DNA from: a virus
Lineage: Duplodnaviria > Caudoviricetes
DNA length: 49,079 nt
IMG/VR virus record: IMGVR_UViG_3300038829_000052
Coordinates: 1 to 49,079 of that record
Strand: one strand, 5' to 3'
Shown: positions 33,948 to 42,286 of the stretch, piece after piece
Position numbering within the stretch: the stretch's first letter is position 1
Layout: each line of letters starts with the position of its first letter
Program-made: the position numbers and the translations under genes
Notes under the pieces: generated by a model
What the model saw: only the letters and a program-made list of their open reading frames with translations
Database searches by the model: none
What the model was told of the DNA's origin: nothing

Positions 33948-34271
33948 ATGATCGCCGAATCAGAAGTCGAGAACGCCGTGACGTGGCTGGCGAGAAACGC
34001 CCAGCACATCGCCGCCGCTCGTGCCGAGATGATCTATTGCGACGAATACCGCAAGAGCCTCAAGGCAATTCTCATGTCGGAATCGAACGAGACGGCAAAC
34101 AACGCCAAGGAAACATGGGCCTACGCGCATCCGAAGTATCTTGAGCATCTTCAAGCGTACAAAAAATCCGTGCTGGAATACGAAAAGATGCGGGCGATGC
34201 GCGAGGCCGCGATGATGAAAATCGAAGCGTGGCGTTCCATGAACGCGAACTATCGGGCAATCAAGGTATGA
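33948..34271 (+). CDS. Helical recombination-mediator (UvsY-like) protein
   Basis: A.A.A...Y....K...A.......E..AYA.P.Y...IEAWRS.NAN.R. Next to the SSB-like gene. Confidence 0.5.
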   Translation: MIAESEVENAVTWLARNAQHIAAARAEMIYCDEYRKSLKAILMSESNETANNAKETWAYAHPKYLEHLQAYKKSVLEYEKMRAMREAAMMKIEAWRSMNANYRAIKV

Positions 34272-34385
34272 TACCGGGGATGAACTCCGAAGTGCTGGAA
34301 CGGGAAGTGATGGGTTTATTGGAATGAGCCGAGGGCGCATTCGAAATGACCGCCGTCACCCCACGCTTCGATATGGAGGTGGTCA

Positions 34386-34598
34386 ATGGCTGAGTGGCAA
34401 CCGATTGAGACGGCGCCGAGGGATGAGACGCGGGTTATGCTGTTCTGCCAGTACGACGGCATCTGTACCGCCGAGTGGTGGCAAGGCGAGTGGCTGGTTT
34501 ACGCTGACAAATATCAGCCTGCCTACGATCTTGACGGCAAGGCGCTGAAAGCCTCGGCCGCGACCCACTGGCAGCCACTCCCGGAGCCGCCGAAGTGA
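34386..34598 (+). CDS. DUF551-type protein (copy 2)
   Basis: WQPIETAPRD...ATHWQPLPEPP. Confidence 0.85.
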   Translation: MAEWQPIETAPRDETRVMLFCQYDGICTAEWWQGEWLVYADKYQPAYDLDGKALKASAATHWQPLPEPPK

Positions 34599-34945
34599 CC
34601 AACTTCCGCAACCCACCCCTCCGCGACCGCGCGTATCTCGATCACCTGAGAACGCGCCCCTGCATCGTCACGCTGAGAGGCGATACGGAGCCCGCGCATC
34701 TTCGCCTTCTCGGATCGGGCGGCATGGGCAAGAAGCCAAATGACAACCGCGTGCTCCCGCTGCATTGGGAACTCCACCGCCAGCAATCCACGAACGGCGA
34801 GGGAAAGTGCTGGCTCCGGTGGACTCGTGAGTATCCAGAATTCGTGCCGAGGATGGCCGAGCGGTATCCTGATCTGTGGTTTCGGTTTCTGATCTCGGTG
34901 GCCGAGGCCGAGCACGAAAACTGGCGGAGGATCGCCCGTGGGTAA
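34595..34945 (+). CDS. DUF968/Ref-like HNH-fold nuclease
   Basis: R...YL..LR..PC....EPAH.R...GMG.KP.D...LPL...H..Q. Confidence 0.7.
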   Translation: MTNFRNPPLRDRAYLDHLRTRPCIVTLRGDTEPAHLRLLGSGGMGKKPNDNRVLPLHWELHRQQSTNGEGKCWLRWTREYPEFVPRMAERYPDLWFRFLISVAEAEHENWRRIARG

Positions 34946-34955
34946 AGACAGCGCC

Positions 34956-35201
34956 ATGACCCTGATCGAGAACCTGGATGCTTCGAGCATCGCATATAAA
35001 TTTCTCATGCAGCCATTTCTCTGGTTCGGTCTTGGGCTTTTTTGCTTAGTACTCGGCTATTTCCTTCAGGCCGTCGGGAACAAAAAAATCGAAAATGGAA
35101 GGCATGGTCTTGGGCGCGGTATCTGGTGGTCCGGGACGTTTGCTGCCCTCGGCGCGCCCCTTGTTTTCATCGGCGGATGGTGGGGAGGGTGGCTGTTGTG
35201 A
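34956..35201 (+). CDS. Two-helix membrane protein
   Basis: Two hydrophobic segments. Confidence 0.55.
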   Translation: MTLIENLDASSIAYKFLMQPFLWFGLGLFCLVLGYFLQAVGNKKIENGRHGLGRGIWWSGTFAALGAPLVFIGGWWGGWLL

Positions 35202-35509
35202 CCTTGATCGAGAAGCTGGAAGGCGCGACCGAGGGCTCGCGCGAGTTGGACGCGGAGATACATGTTGCGGTTGGCGGCACCGAATTCACCGTTCCGTACT
35301 ACACCACCAGCATCGACGCCGCGCTGACGCTCGTGCCGGAGGGGCGAGCGCGGCGCACTATCTATCTCCCGTGCGGTTTCTGGCCGTATCGCGTCTGGGT
35401 TTACCGCGACGCTCACAGGCCGCTCGAACAAGACAGCGGCGCGCCTGTATTGGGCCGCACAGAAGCGCTCGCCCTCTGCATCGCCGCATTGCGCGCGAGG
35501 CTCCCATGA
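35198..35509 (+). CDS. Phage ABA-sandwich-like protein
   Basis: SRELDAEI...PYYTTSIDAALTLVPEG...ALALCIAALRAR. Confidence 0.7.
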   Translation: MTLIEKLEGATEGSRELDAEIHVAVGGTEFTVPYYTTSIDAALTLVPEGRARRTIYLPCGFWPYRVWVYRDAHRPLEQDSGAPVLGRTEALALCIAALRARLP

Positions 35510-36018
35510 CCACCGACGCAAAGGCGGCGCACCGTGCGCCCCATGCAAAGACCCGCGCGCGCTCGTGACGTGGAGACGCGCGGACGAATCGTGCGGGCGG
35601 CATGTGCCGATGACGAACGAGCAGCGGGGCGAGCGATGAAAACCGGCTGGGAAATGTGCGACGACGGCCAGCTTGTCAATCTCCACGAGCTGCATGTCGA
35701 GTTCGTGCGCAAAGACCCGACAGACGCCTTGTCGGTCGAATATCGAGATGGCCTCGCGGCCGAAATGAAACGACGTGGCATGCCACTGCCACAGCAGCAG
35801 CCGCTCCAGCGAACCAGTGTGGAATAATCAGGAGGTCGAACGATGAAGCCCTGGCGCAACAACATCGAACGATGGAACGCGGTGTGCGAACGCTTCGCGC
35901 GGTCCTACTGGATGCGGCGCCTTGGTTGCGCGACGTTCACGCTCATAGCTCTGATGGCCGCCGTTCGCGCCGCGGAACTTGTGGCCGAACAGGTGCACGA
36001 CCAGCAGCAGGTGAAGCC

Positions 36019-36270
36019 GTGAGCGAAGCCGCTGCCAAATTGAGTGCGAAGGGCGCCGAACTAATCTGCGAGATCGAGAAGCGCCTCGACGAGGTCGCCG
36101 GCATCCCGATCTTGTTCGTGACGTTCATGCTCGTCGAAGATGGCGACAGCACGCGCGTCGAATACATCAGCAATTTCCAGGGCAAAGCGAAGTTTGCGAA
36201 AGTACTCCGGGAGATTGCCGAGAACCTAGAGCGCGGCGTTCCCATGCCACAAGCGCACTCGCGCCACTGA
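36019..36270 (+). CDS. Hypothetical protein
   Basis: GTG start, F........YISN motif. Confidence 0.5.
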   Translation: MSEAAAKLSAKGAELICEIEKRLDEVAGIPILFVTFMLVEDGDSTRVEYISNFQGKAKFAKVLREIAENLERGVPMPQAHSRH

Positions 36271-36293
36271 TGATGAACAAGTAGGAGCACGCG

Positions 36294-36605
36294 ATGCCAA
36301 AATTCCGAAAGAAGCCAATCGAGATCGAAGCCTTCCAGTTCCGCGAGCACGCGAGCATTGCAGATTGGCCGACATGGGCGCAGGCGGTGCTGCTGCACAA
36401 TGTTGACGGCATGGTGGTGACGCGCCACGTCGAGGTGCCCAAAGATCGGCGCATCGTTCACCACGGCGATCATCTGCAAATTCCGACACTTGAAGGCGTG
36501 ATGCGCGCCAACGATGGCGACTATGTGATCCAGGGCGTGAAGGGCGAGATCTATCCGTGCAAGCCCGAAATATTCGAGGCATCCTACGACGCCGTGAGCA
36601 GCTGA
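36294..36605 (+). CDS. Widespread small phage protein (RKKP..IEA...TLEG.M.A..GD.VI.GV.GE.YPCKP.IF type)
   Basis: Strong family motif, AGGAG RBS. Confidence 0.8.
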   Translation: MPKFRKKPIEIEAFQFREHASIADWPTWAQAVLLHNVDGMVVTRHVEVPKDRRIVHHGDHLQIPTLEGVMRANDGDYVIQGVKGEIYPCKPEIFEASYDAVSS

Positions 36606-36933
36606 TAGACAGCAAGATTGCCGTCGCTGTCGTGTTCGACACGGTGTCTATCGATTTGCATTGCGGCGACGAATACGAAGCGCAATCGCTATACGATGAA
36701 GTGGTTGCGCGCTTGAGCCGAGGGGAGCCGTTGACCCTTCGGCTCATCAAGCCCGAACAGGTGCACGACCAGCAGCGGGGCGAGAAGTGAAGAAGCGAGA
36801 CGCCTACAAGATCGCCACGGACATTGTTCGCGAGGCCAATTTGCCGTTGACGCGGCTCGCCTATGCTCAGGCTGTTACGCCACGCGACGCAATGCGAATA
36901 TGCGGTATTAGGTAGCAAACGCACCTAGGAGTT

Positions 36934-37578
36934 CTAGGGCATTGGTACGGGTATTGTTTCCACCGATTTTTGAGCCCTTGCCAGCAGCATATCCTCAAAC
37001 TCTTTGATGTTCCCGGTGGAGAAATATTTCCCCCATCGCACAGCTTGACCACCCAGTGACACGAATAGCATCGGGGCGGCCATGGCCAGCACCGTTAGGT
37101 AGAGCGCAATAAGCGTTTCGTATCTGCTTAGGGAAAACGTGAAATGGCATACGTTATCGGCAACGCCAAGAATCAGCATAGCAACCGCAACGATTGTGCC
37201 GCCAACCGTGATGCGGCGATCCCAGTGATGGTGAAAAACGATACAGTATATCCACCACCAGACACCGTGCGGCAGCCGGTCTTTGGCCCTTTCAGATTTG
37301 GCTTTGTCGGCGACAGGTTGGTTGCTGTTATCGTTGTCCGGCAATCCAGCGAGGACAGCGACCTGCCGATACCATTTACTGCCTACAAATCCGGATAAAT
37401 CCGTCTTATCCTTGTACGATTGCTGGAATCGCTCAAGCTCGTCTTTTGCGTGCTTTCTTATTTTCTCGCGATACCTAAAACGCGTGAGGTTTAGATATGC
37501 CAGATTGATAGCAAGCGCCGCCCCGGCGAGTGGCTCTAAAGCAGGCAACAGAGATGACGGGTTGCACAGGCCGGGCAC
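36934..37578 (-). CDS. Multi-pass membrane protein
   Basis: 3-4 hydrophobic helices, lower GC. Confidence 0.7.
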   Translation of the reverse strand: MPGLCNPSSLLPALEPLAGAALAINLAYLNLTRFRYREKIRKHAKDELERFQQSYKDKTDLSGFVGSKWYRQVAVLAGLPDNDNSNQPVADKAKSERAKDRLPHGVWWWIYCIVFHHHWDRRITVGGTIVAVAMLILGVADNVCHFTFSLSRYETLIALYLTVLAMAAPMLFVSLGGQAVRWGKYFSTGNIKEFEDMLLARAQKSVETIPVPMP

Positions 37579-37643
37579 TTATGCCTCTTTTACCCGTCAC
37601 AAACGGGTAATAAAGCATGCTCGATTTCTAGGCTGAATACAAC

Positions 37644-38201
37644 CTATGCGGAGGCGGCTGGATGCATGTCGGGCTGTTCGGTGGCAACCGGACGCCACGT
37701 CACCTTGGTCCCGTGTTCCCAAAGCACTTCGAAGACCTTTTGCATGTTAGCGGCCCCCTTGGGTTCGCCAAATGCTGCAATGGCCTCGTGCTTTGTGCGG
37801 TCCGATTCGAAGCGGTAGCTGTCCCCGTCCATTTCAAGGAAATGATACTTGTACGAATCCCGAATCTCCGGGGGAACGGCCCTCACCTCAACGTTAGGCG
37901 CTGTCCGGAATTTGGCAAAAAACGGGTGTTCGGCAAAATTCACCGTTTCTGGCTTTTCTAGAAGAATCCTGACGTTATGATCGGTCGTCGCAAGAAACAG
38001 CTGGGCTTGCTCCAACGTTTCTTCCGGACCGTATACGCGCGCGTTCATGCCGCCCGACAAAATGCAGACGTGCTTCTTGGCGTGCGCGAACATCCGTTCG
38101 ACGATGATCGCGGCATGCTCCAGGGACCCATTGAAAATGGGCCGGCCCCGCCTTTCGCGGGCCAGCATTTCAACGCGGTTACGGTAGTCCACGAGCGGCA
38201 T
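37644..38201 (-). CDS. PLD-fold-like protein lacking a canonical HKD motif
   Basis: MF..AK..V.I.SG, VRILL, NVEVR, HF...D...YRFE, FE.LW pattern of PLD/TrmB-sugar-binding-like folds. Confidence 0.6.
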   Translation of the reverse strand: MPLVDYRNRVEMLARERRGRPIFNGSLEHAAIIVERMFAHAKKHVCILSGGMNARVYGPEETLEQAQLFLATTDHNVRILLEKPETVNFAEHPFFAKFRTAPNVEVRAVPPEIRDSYKYHFLEMDGDSYRFESDRTKHEAIAAFGEPKGAANMQKVFEVLWEHGTKVTWRPVATEQPDMHPAASA

Positions 38202-38367
38202 TACTCCGTGTGAGCGGCGCTCACGCGCCGCCCCTCCTCAACGAGACGGGGGTTGTTCGGTTCCCAGGCTGGAATGCGTGCCATTGCCCTCACGCTTGCC
38301 CGATTGTTCGCAGGTGCGAACGACTACAAGCACGGATTGTACTCCAATCCGCGCTGGGGACAAACCG

Positions 38368-38607
38368 TTATGTGGGTAACTCGGACGAAATATCAAGATG
38401 CCGCACGCCCGCCGCCGCCAGGCATTGGAAAAGGAACACAGCGGTAAATCCACCGCGGCTGATCTTGTTGTTGATGTTCCTTTCTGTCTCGTTAATCCCC
38501 ATCGCCTTAAGCCGCTCAGACAGTTGCTTGTAGCTGACATTCCTACGCTTCAACTCGCCTTTTAGGATGCCCTTCACCCCGGCTTGCCAGTCCTTGTCTA
38601 TGGGCAT
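38368..38607 (-). CDS. DUF6471-type HTH protein
   Basis: W...VKG.LK.ELKRR.V.Y.QL.E.L..MG..ETE.NI.NKISRG.F.A.F..QCL.A.G. Confidence 0.85.
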   Translation of the reverse strand: MPIDKDWQAGVKGILKGELKRRNVSYKQLSERLKAMGINETERNINNKISRGGFTAVFLFQCLAAAGVRHLDISSELPT

Positions 38608-38694
38608 GAAATACCCCCAAATCTAGTGGTGTATATCACCATATTCGCGCAAGTTAGCGGTTGCGAGTTATACGAAAGGGCGGGTTGGTATAAG

Positions 38695-38934
38695 TCATCG
38701 TGGCCCGAGGCTTCCGGCGCGGTCGCCGAGCAGGCATTTCTGGTGATGGTGCTCCTGGTTCGCAGCGTGCGCGCGAAGGTTCGGGATCGTCTCGACGGCC
38801 GCCGCCGGGGCGGACATGGCCCATGGGGTGTAGAGGATACAGAGGTCGGCGCGGGGCGGGAGCGGGGGAAGTTTGGCGTTGGAACCGCAGGCGGAAAGTG
38901 CTATAAGCATCGGTATCAGGCTAATTGCCCACAT
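38695..38934 (-). CDS. Lipoprotein, o-spanin (Rz1-like)
   Basis: Signal peptide with lipobox LSA-C, Pro-rich. End of the lysis cassette. Confidence 0.65.
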   Translation of the reverse strand: MWAISLIPMLIALSACGSNAKLPPLPPRADLCILYTPWAMSAPAAAVETIPNLRAHAANQEHHHQKCLLGDRAGSLGPR

Positions 38935-39020
38935 TCGCGGGGATGGAGGCGAACATGATCCGGGGCGTCTAAAACGCCCGACCGAAGCGGCCCTCTCATC
39001 GGGGCCGTTTTGTTTTCCGG

Positions 39021-39314
39021 TCATGGCCGACACGCGGCGGGTTCGGGTTTGCAACAGCCACTGGCCGGCCCCTGCACCACGCAAAGCCTCAACCGCGCAT
39101 CCGGCAGCGCCATGAACTGCGCGGTCACGCGGTTACGATCCGCGATAGCTTCGTCCTTGGCCTTGACGGCAGCGGCGAGTTGGTCGCGCTGCAATTCGAT
39201 CACGGCGGCGCGACGGATGCGGGACTCCCACAGGAAGTACGCGCCAGCCACCAGCGAGACGATCAAGAGGCTGCCGAAAATCTTGGCGCCGAGGGATGCG
39301 AACAGAGCGCCCAT
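39021..39314 (-). CDS. i-spanin (Rz-like)
   Basis: N-terminal TM helix, coiled coil and C-terminal cysteines. Confidence 0.65.
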   Translation of the reverse strand: MGALFASLGAKIFGSLLIVSLVAGAYFLWESRIRRAAVIELQRDQLAAAVKAKDEAIADRNRVTAQFMALPDARLRLCVVQGPASGCCKPEPAACRP

Positions 39315-39415
39315 CACCGCACCAGCATGACGATGCCGACCGCAAGCGCCGTACATCCGCTCACGATGAAGCCGATTGTCAGAATAAACTGCCAGAAGGT
39401 CATGTCGTTGGTCAT
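39314..39415 (-). CDS. 33-aa membrane peptide in the lysis cassette
   Basis: MTNDMTFWQFILTIGFIVSGCTALAVGIVMLVR, coupled at both ends. Confidence 0.45.
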   Translation of the reverse strand: MTNDMTFWQFILTIGFIVSGCTALAVGIVMLVR

Positions 39416-39915
39416 GCCGCCCCCCTATAGGCCGCGACCTCTGCCACGATCTCGGCCTTATCGAGCTTGCCGGGGCACTCGGTCGCCTGCATTTCGCGGT
39501 GGAACTTGAGGGCGTCGGGCGGGAGATCGAAACGATCCTGCACCGCCGCGATGATGCGGATGAGATTGTCCCGCTGCGCGCCCCTGAGTTCGTCCGTGCG
39601 GAAGTCGCCGAAGGTTTCGATCATGAACGGGCGCTTCTGGAAGTCGTAGCCGTTGTGGCCCGTGGCGGAGGCCGGCGCCAGGTTCCAATCGCGCCCAAGC
39701 CAGATCGTGCCGTCCGGGCCGAGCGTCACATGCTGCGCGAAGTCGCGATAGCCGCGCGTCTTGACGTGGTAATTGCGGATGGCCTGAACGGATGCAGCAC
39801 CCTTCCATGTCGCTATCGGATCAGCGGTATGGTGAAGGTGAAACGCCGTCACCTCACCTTTCCAGTCGAAATCCAGAACACGGACCTCGAATTCTTCGAT
39901 GGTGATGGGTGTCAT
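39412..39915 (-). CDS. Endolysin, N-acetylmuramoyl-L-alanine amidase (Amidase_2)
   Basis: HLHHT, I..YH...RG..D...H....DG.I..GR, HR....TECPG. Confidence 0.9.
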   Translation of the reverse strand: MTPITIEEFEVRVLDFDWKGEVTAFHLHHTADPIATWKGAASVQAIRNYHVKTRGYRDFAQHVTLGPDGTIWLGRDWNLAPASATGHNGYDFQKRPFMIETFGDFRTDELRGAQRDNLIRIIAAVQDRFDLPPDALKFHREMQATECPGKLDKAEIVAEVAAYRGAA

Positions 39916-39968
39916 GGTCTCTCCGTGGGTTGGGGGTTCGATGATATCCCCAAACCGCCTCATCGTCG

Positions 39969-40181
39969 TCATCGTCCTTCGTGGGCAGACAAAACCCGCC
40001 CAGCCACGTTTCCGGGTGAAGCCTCTCGCACATCTTCAAGTCTCCGCCGAATAACGGAACCGAAAGAGAGATAGGCATCCAACAGTGCCTCGGTCGAAAA
40101 TCGCGCGGTGTCGCAGCGCAGGCTATCGCCGTCAACGATCAGGGCAATCACGGTTTCATTCAGGGTCAGTCCCGGCCTCAT
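39969..40181 (-). CDS. Hypothetical protein
   Basis: ATGA-coupled. Confidence 0.45.
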   Translation of the reverse strand: MRPGLTLNETVIALIVDGDSLRCDTARFSTEALLDAYLSFGSVIRRRLEDVREASPGNVAGRVLSAHEGR

Positions 40182-40375
40182 GGTCTCAGTGCCGCGTCGA
40201 TTCCGGTCGCAATCGTCTCGATCAATTCCGCGATCTGCGAGTTCATGTCCTTGATCTGGTGCGACACCGCGATTCCACAGGGGCGGCCATCGTTCGTGTA
40301 GCAAATGTGTAAGTGTAGCTTGCCATAATCGGTTTCGATGCTCGTTGTATCGGAGGGCAAACGGGTGATTATCAT
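40178..40375 (-). CDS. Small protein resembling the N-terminal part of the TSCPD domain
   Basis: RLP..T..I.T.YGKL.L.I....DGRP. Confidence 0.45.
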   Translation of the reverse strand: MIITRLPSDTTSIETDYGKLHLHICYTNDGRPCGIAVSHQIKDMNSQIAELIETIATGIDAALRP

Positions 40376-41370
40376 GCGAAACGACGCTCCAATTCCGACA
40401 TGGGCAGAGCATCAACCCCGACAATCTGTCCGCCCTGCAAGGTTAGCACACAACACCCCCACCACCAACCGCTAAGGGCACCGTGGTAGATATATTCCTC
40501 GACGTGCCCCTGGGGCAGCGCGCAACCGAGATTTAGGATCGTGACGTGCTTTGACGGCCCAAGTTTAGGGGCGCGGACATCACGTTTGACATGCGAGTGC
40601 CCTATAACGTGATCGAAGATCGCGTCGTTAGCGATTGTATTCTCGGAGTTTTTGCCGCCGTAGGTCTTGCCGAGACGGTTGAGCGCAGCATGCACGAATC
40701 CCGTCCCGGCCAGGAAAAAATATTCCCCGTATTCGGTCGTCGTCCAGCCGTGATCTGCGAATGTCTGTAATAACTCCCCGGTAAGCATCCCCGACACTTC
40801 CGGCCTCTGATTCTCAAACAGCCACACCCGCCGTTCGTGGTTGCCCATTGTGCAGTGCAACTTGGGCTTATGGCCGGCCAGCCCCTCGGACAGCGCGCCC
40901 ATGGCCTCGTTTAGGCTTTGAACGTCGTGGTGGTAGGGGTTCTTGAGCTTCCCGGCCAAGGTATCGTTAGGGATATGGGACGATAGCGAGTCGAAACTAC
41001 CGAAATCGCCGATCTGGACGATCCAATCAACACCTCGTTCGTTCGCCAGGGCCCCCATCCAACGGAAACGGTCCTTGGAGAGGCTTGGACAGTCGTGGGC
41101 ATCACCTATCGCCAACACCCTCGTAACCGCGCCCTCGGGGCTCGCTGAGGCTTTTACGCGTATCCTGAGCTTCTCCGGCGGAGGCTCGATTTCTTTCTCA
41201 AGATTCGCCGTGAGCCCGAGCCGGGCGGCCAGACCGCCGGGGCGCAGCCAGCCGTTAACGGTGGCATAAGGACGATTCAGGCTTTGGGCCACCCCCATAT
41301 CGGTCATGCCGGTGGCCGAAAGATTTACCGCCCGCTGAACCTCGGTTTGTTCGGCGTAGCGGCCAGCCAT
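40372..41370 (-). CDS. Calcineurin-like metallophosphoesterase with an N-terminal HTH-like segment
   Basis: GDAH, GD, GNHE, H and GHSH motifs. Confidence 0.88.
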   Translation of the reverse strand: MAGRYAEQTEVQRAVNLSATGMTDMGVAQSLNRPYATVNGWLRPGGLAARLGLTANLEKEIEPPPEKLRIRVKASASPEGAVTRVLAIGDAHDCPSLSKDRFRWMGALANERGVDWIVQIGDFGSFDSLSSHIPNDTLAGKLKNPYHHDVQSLNEAMGALSEGLAGHKPKLHCTMGNHERRVWLFENQRPEVSGMLTGELLQTFADHGWTTTEYGEYFFLAGTGFVHAALNRLGKTYGGKNSENTIANDAIFDHVIGHSHVKRDVRAPKLGPSKHVTILNLGCALPQGHVEEYIYHGALSGWWWGCCVLTLQGGQIVGVDALPMSELERRFA

Positions 41371-41558
41371 CAGAACACGCCCGTCTTGCGGGCGTACTGA
41401 ACCAGTTCCCCAAGTGCTATCTCGTCCTGTTTGGCTTTGAGTTTTTCCAGCGTTCGCGCCAATTTTCTTGCCGCGAGTATCCGTTGCGCGCTACTGTCTT
41501 CCGCCGCTCGCTTGAGGGAGTCGAGACCGTTGCGGTATGGCTCTTTGGACTTAAACAT
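41370..41558 (-). CDS. Hypothetical protein
   Basis: Coupled ORF. Confidence 0.5.
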   Translation of the reverse strand: MFKSKEPYRNGLDSLKRAAEDSSAQRILAARKLARTLEKLKAKQDEIALGELVQYARKTGVF

Positions 41559-41802
41559 TGGCGCGGCCCTTGATGACTTCGGTTAGCGCCAGCATCGCGT
41601 GGGCCTGGTCTTTATCATTCTCAATGCTCTTTGTGAGTAGTGCCGTTGTTTCGGCGTGGCTCAATTTTTGATCGGCAAGACGGGCCGCTTCCAGAGCGCG
41701 GACTTCCCGGTAGAGAATTACGACCGCCGCGAACAATGCGGATGCTATGGCATAAATGCCATAATCTTGCAGCGTCTTCGCGAGGCCCGCAATTTCGGTC
41801 AT
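41551..41802 (-). CDS. Putative holin/antiholin-like single-TM protein
   Basis: One N-terminal TM helix followed by a coiled coil, upstream of the endolysin. Confidence 0.5.
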   Translation of the reverse strand: MTEIAGLAKTLQDYGIYAIASALFAAVVILYREVRALEAARLADQKLSHAETTALLTKSIENDKDQAHAMLALTEVIKGRANV

Positions 41803-41803
41803 T

Positions 41804-42268
41804 TCAGCTACCGCTATAGGGCGCGAAGAAGCATTTCACCTGATTCGCCCAAAAACACACCCAATATTGCCCGTCCTGGGAAATCTGTATTTGATTCCCC
41901 GGTATAGTAATATTGCCATAATCAGGCAGAGTTACTCCGTCTCCGCGAGGCATCACCCGATCCGGTGGAACAACGTGGCAATCCTTCCCCGCATCGCAGC
42001 ACCGCTCGCCCTTGAAGTTAGACTCGCGGTCAACCCATGAATTTGCCGCCAGCTTTTGATGAACCAATAAGAGCGGGCCACTGTTTCCAATATACCCAAA
42101 TGGGGATAGACGCGGCGGGAATGCCTGAACCGACGAAAGGGCGCCCAAAAACCACATTGTCACGCCAATAACGGCGATTATAATGGCGTACGCGATATAA
42201 TCGAGGAGACGGGACATGACCAAAAACGAAACACTCTGGTTTGGCATCTTCCTGGGTGGGATGCTCAT
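41804..42268 (-). CDS. Membrane-anchored/exported Cys-rich protein
   Basis: TM helix followed by CC...DC...S.DG...VC....CFF.P. Confidence 0.6.
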   Translation of the reverse strand: MSIPPRKMPNQSVSFLVMSRLLDYIAYAIIIAVIGVTMWFLGALSSVQAFPPRLSPFGYIGNSGPLLLVHQKLAANSWVDRESNFKGERCCDAGKDCHVVPPDRVMPRGDGVTLPDYGNITIPGNQIQISQDGQYWVCFWANQVKCFFAPYSGS

Positions 42269-42286
42269 TCTAACGATCTTGCGTTA

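Noticed and set aside
36890-38650. Intact insertion sequence
   Set aside because: No transposase, only a 9-bp inverted repeat, and no clear target duplication.
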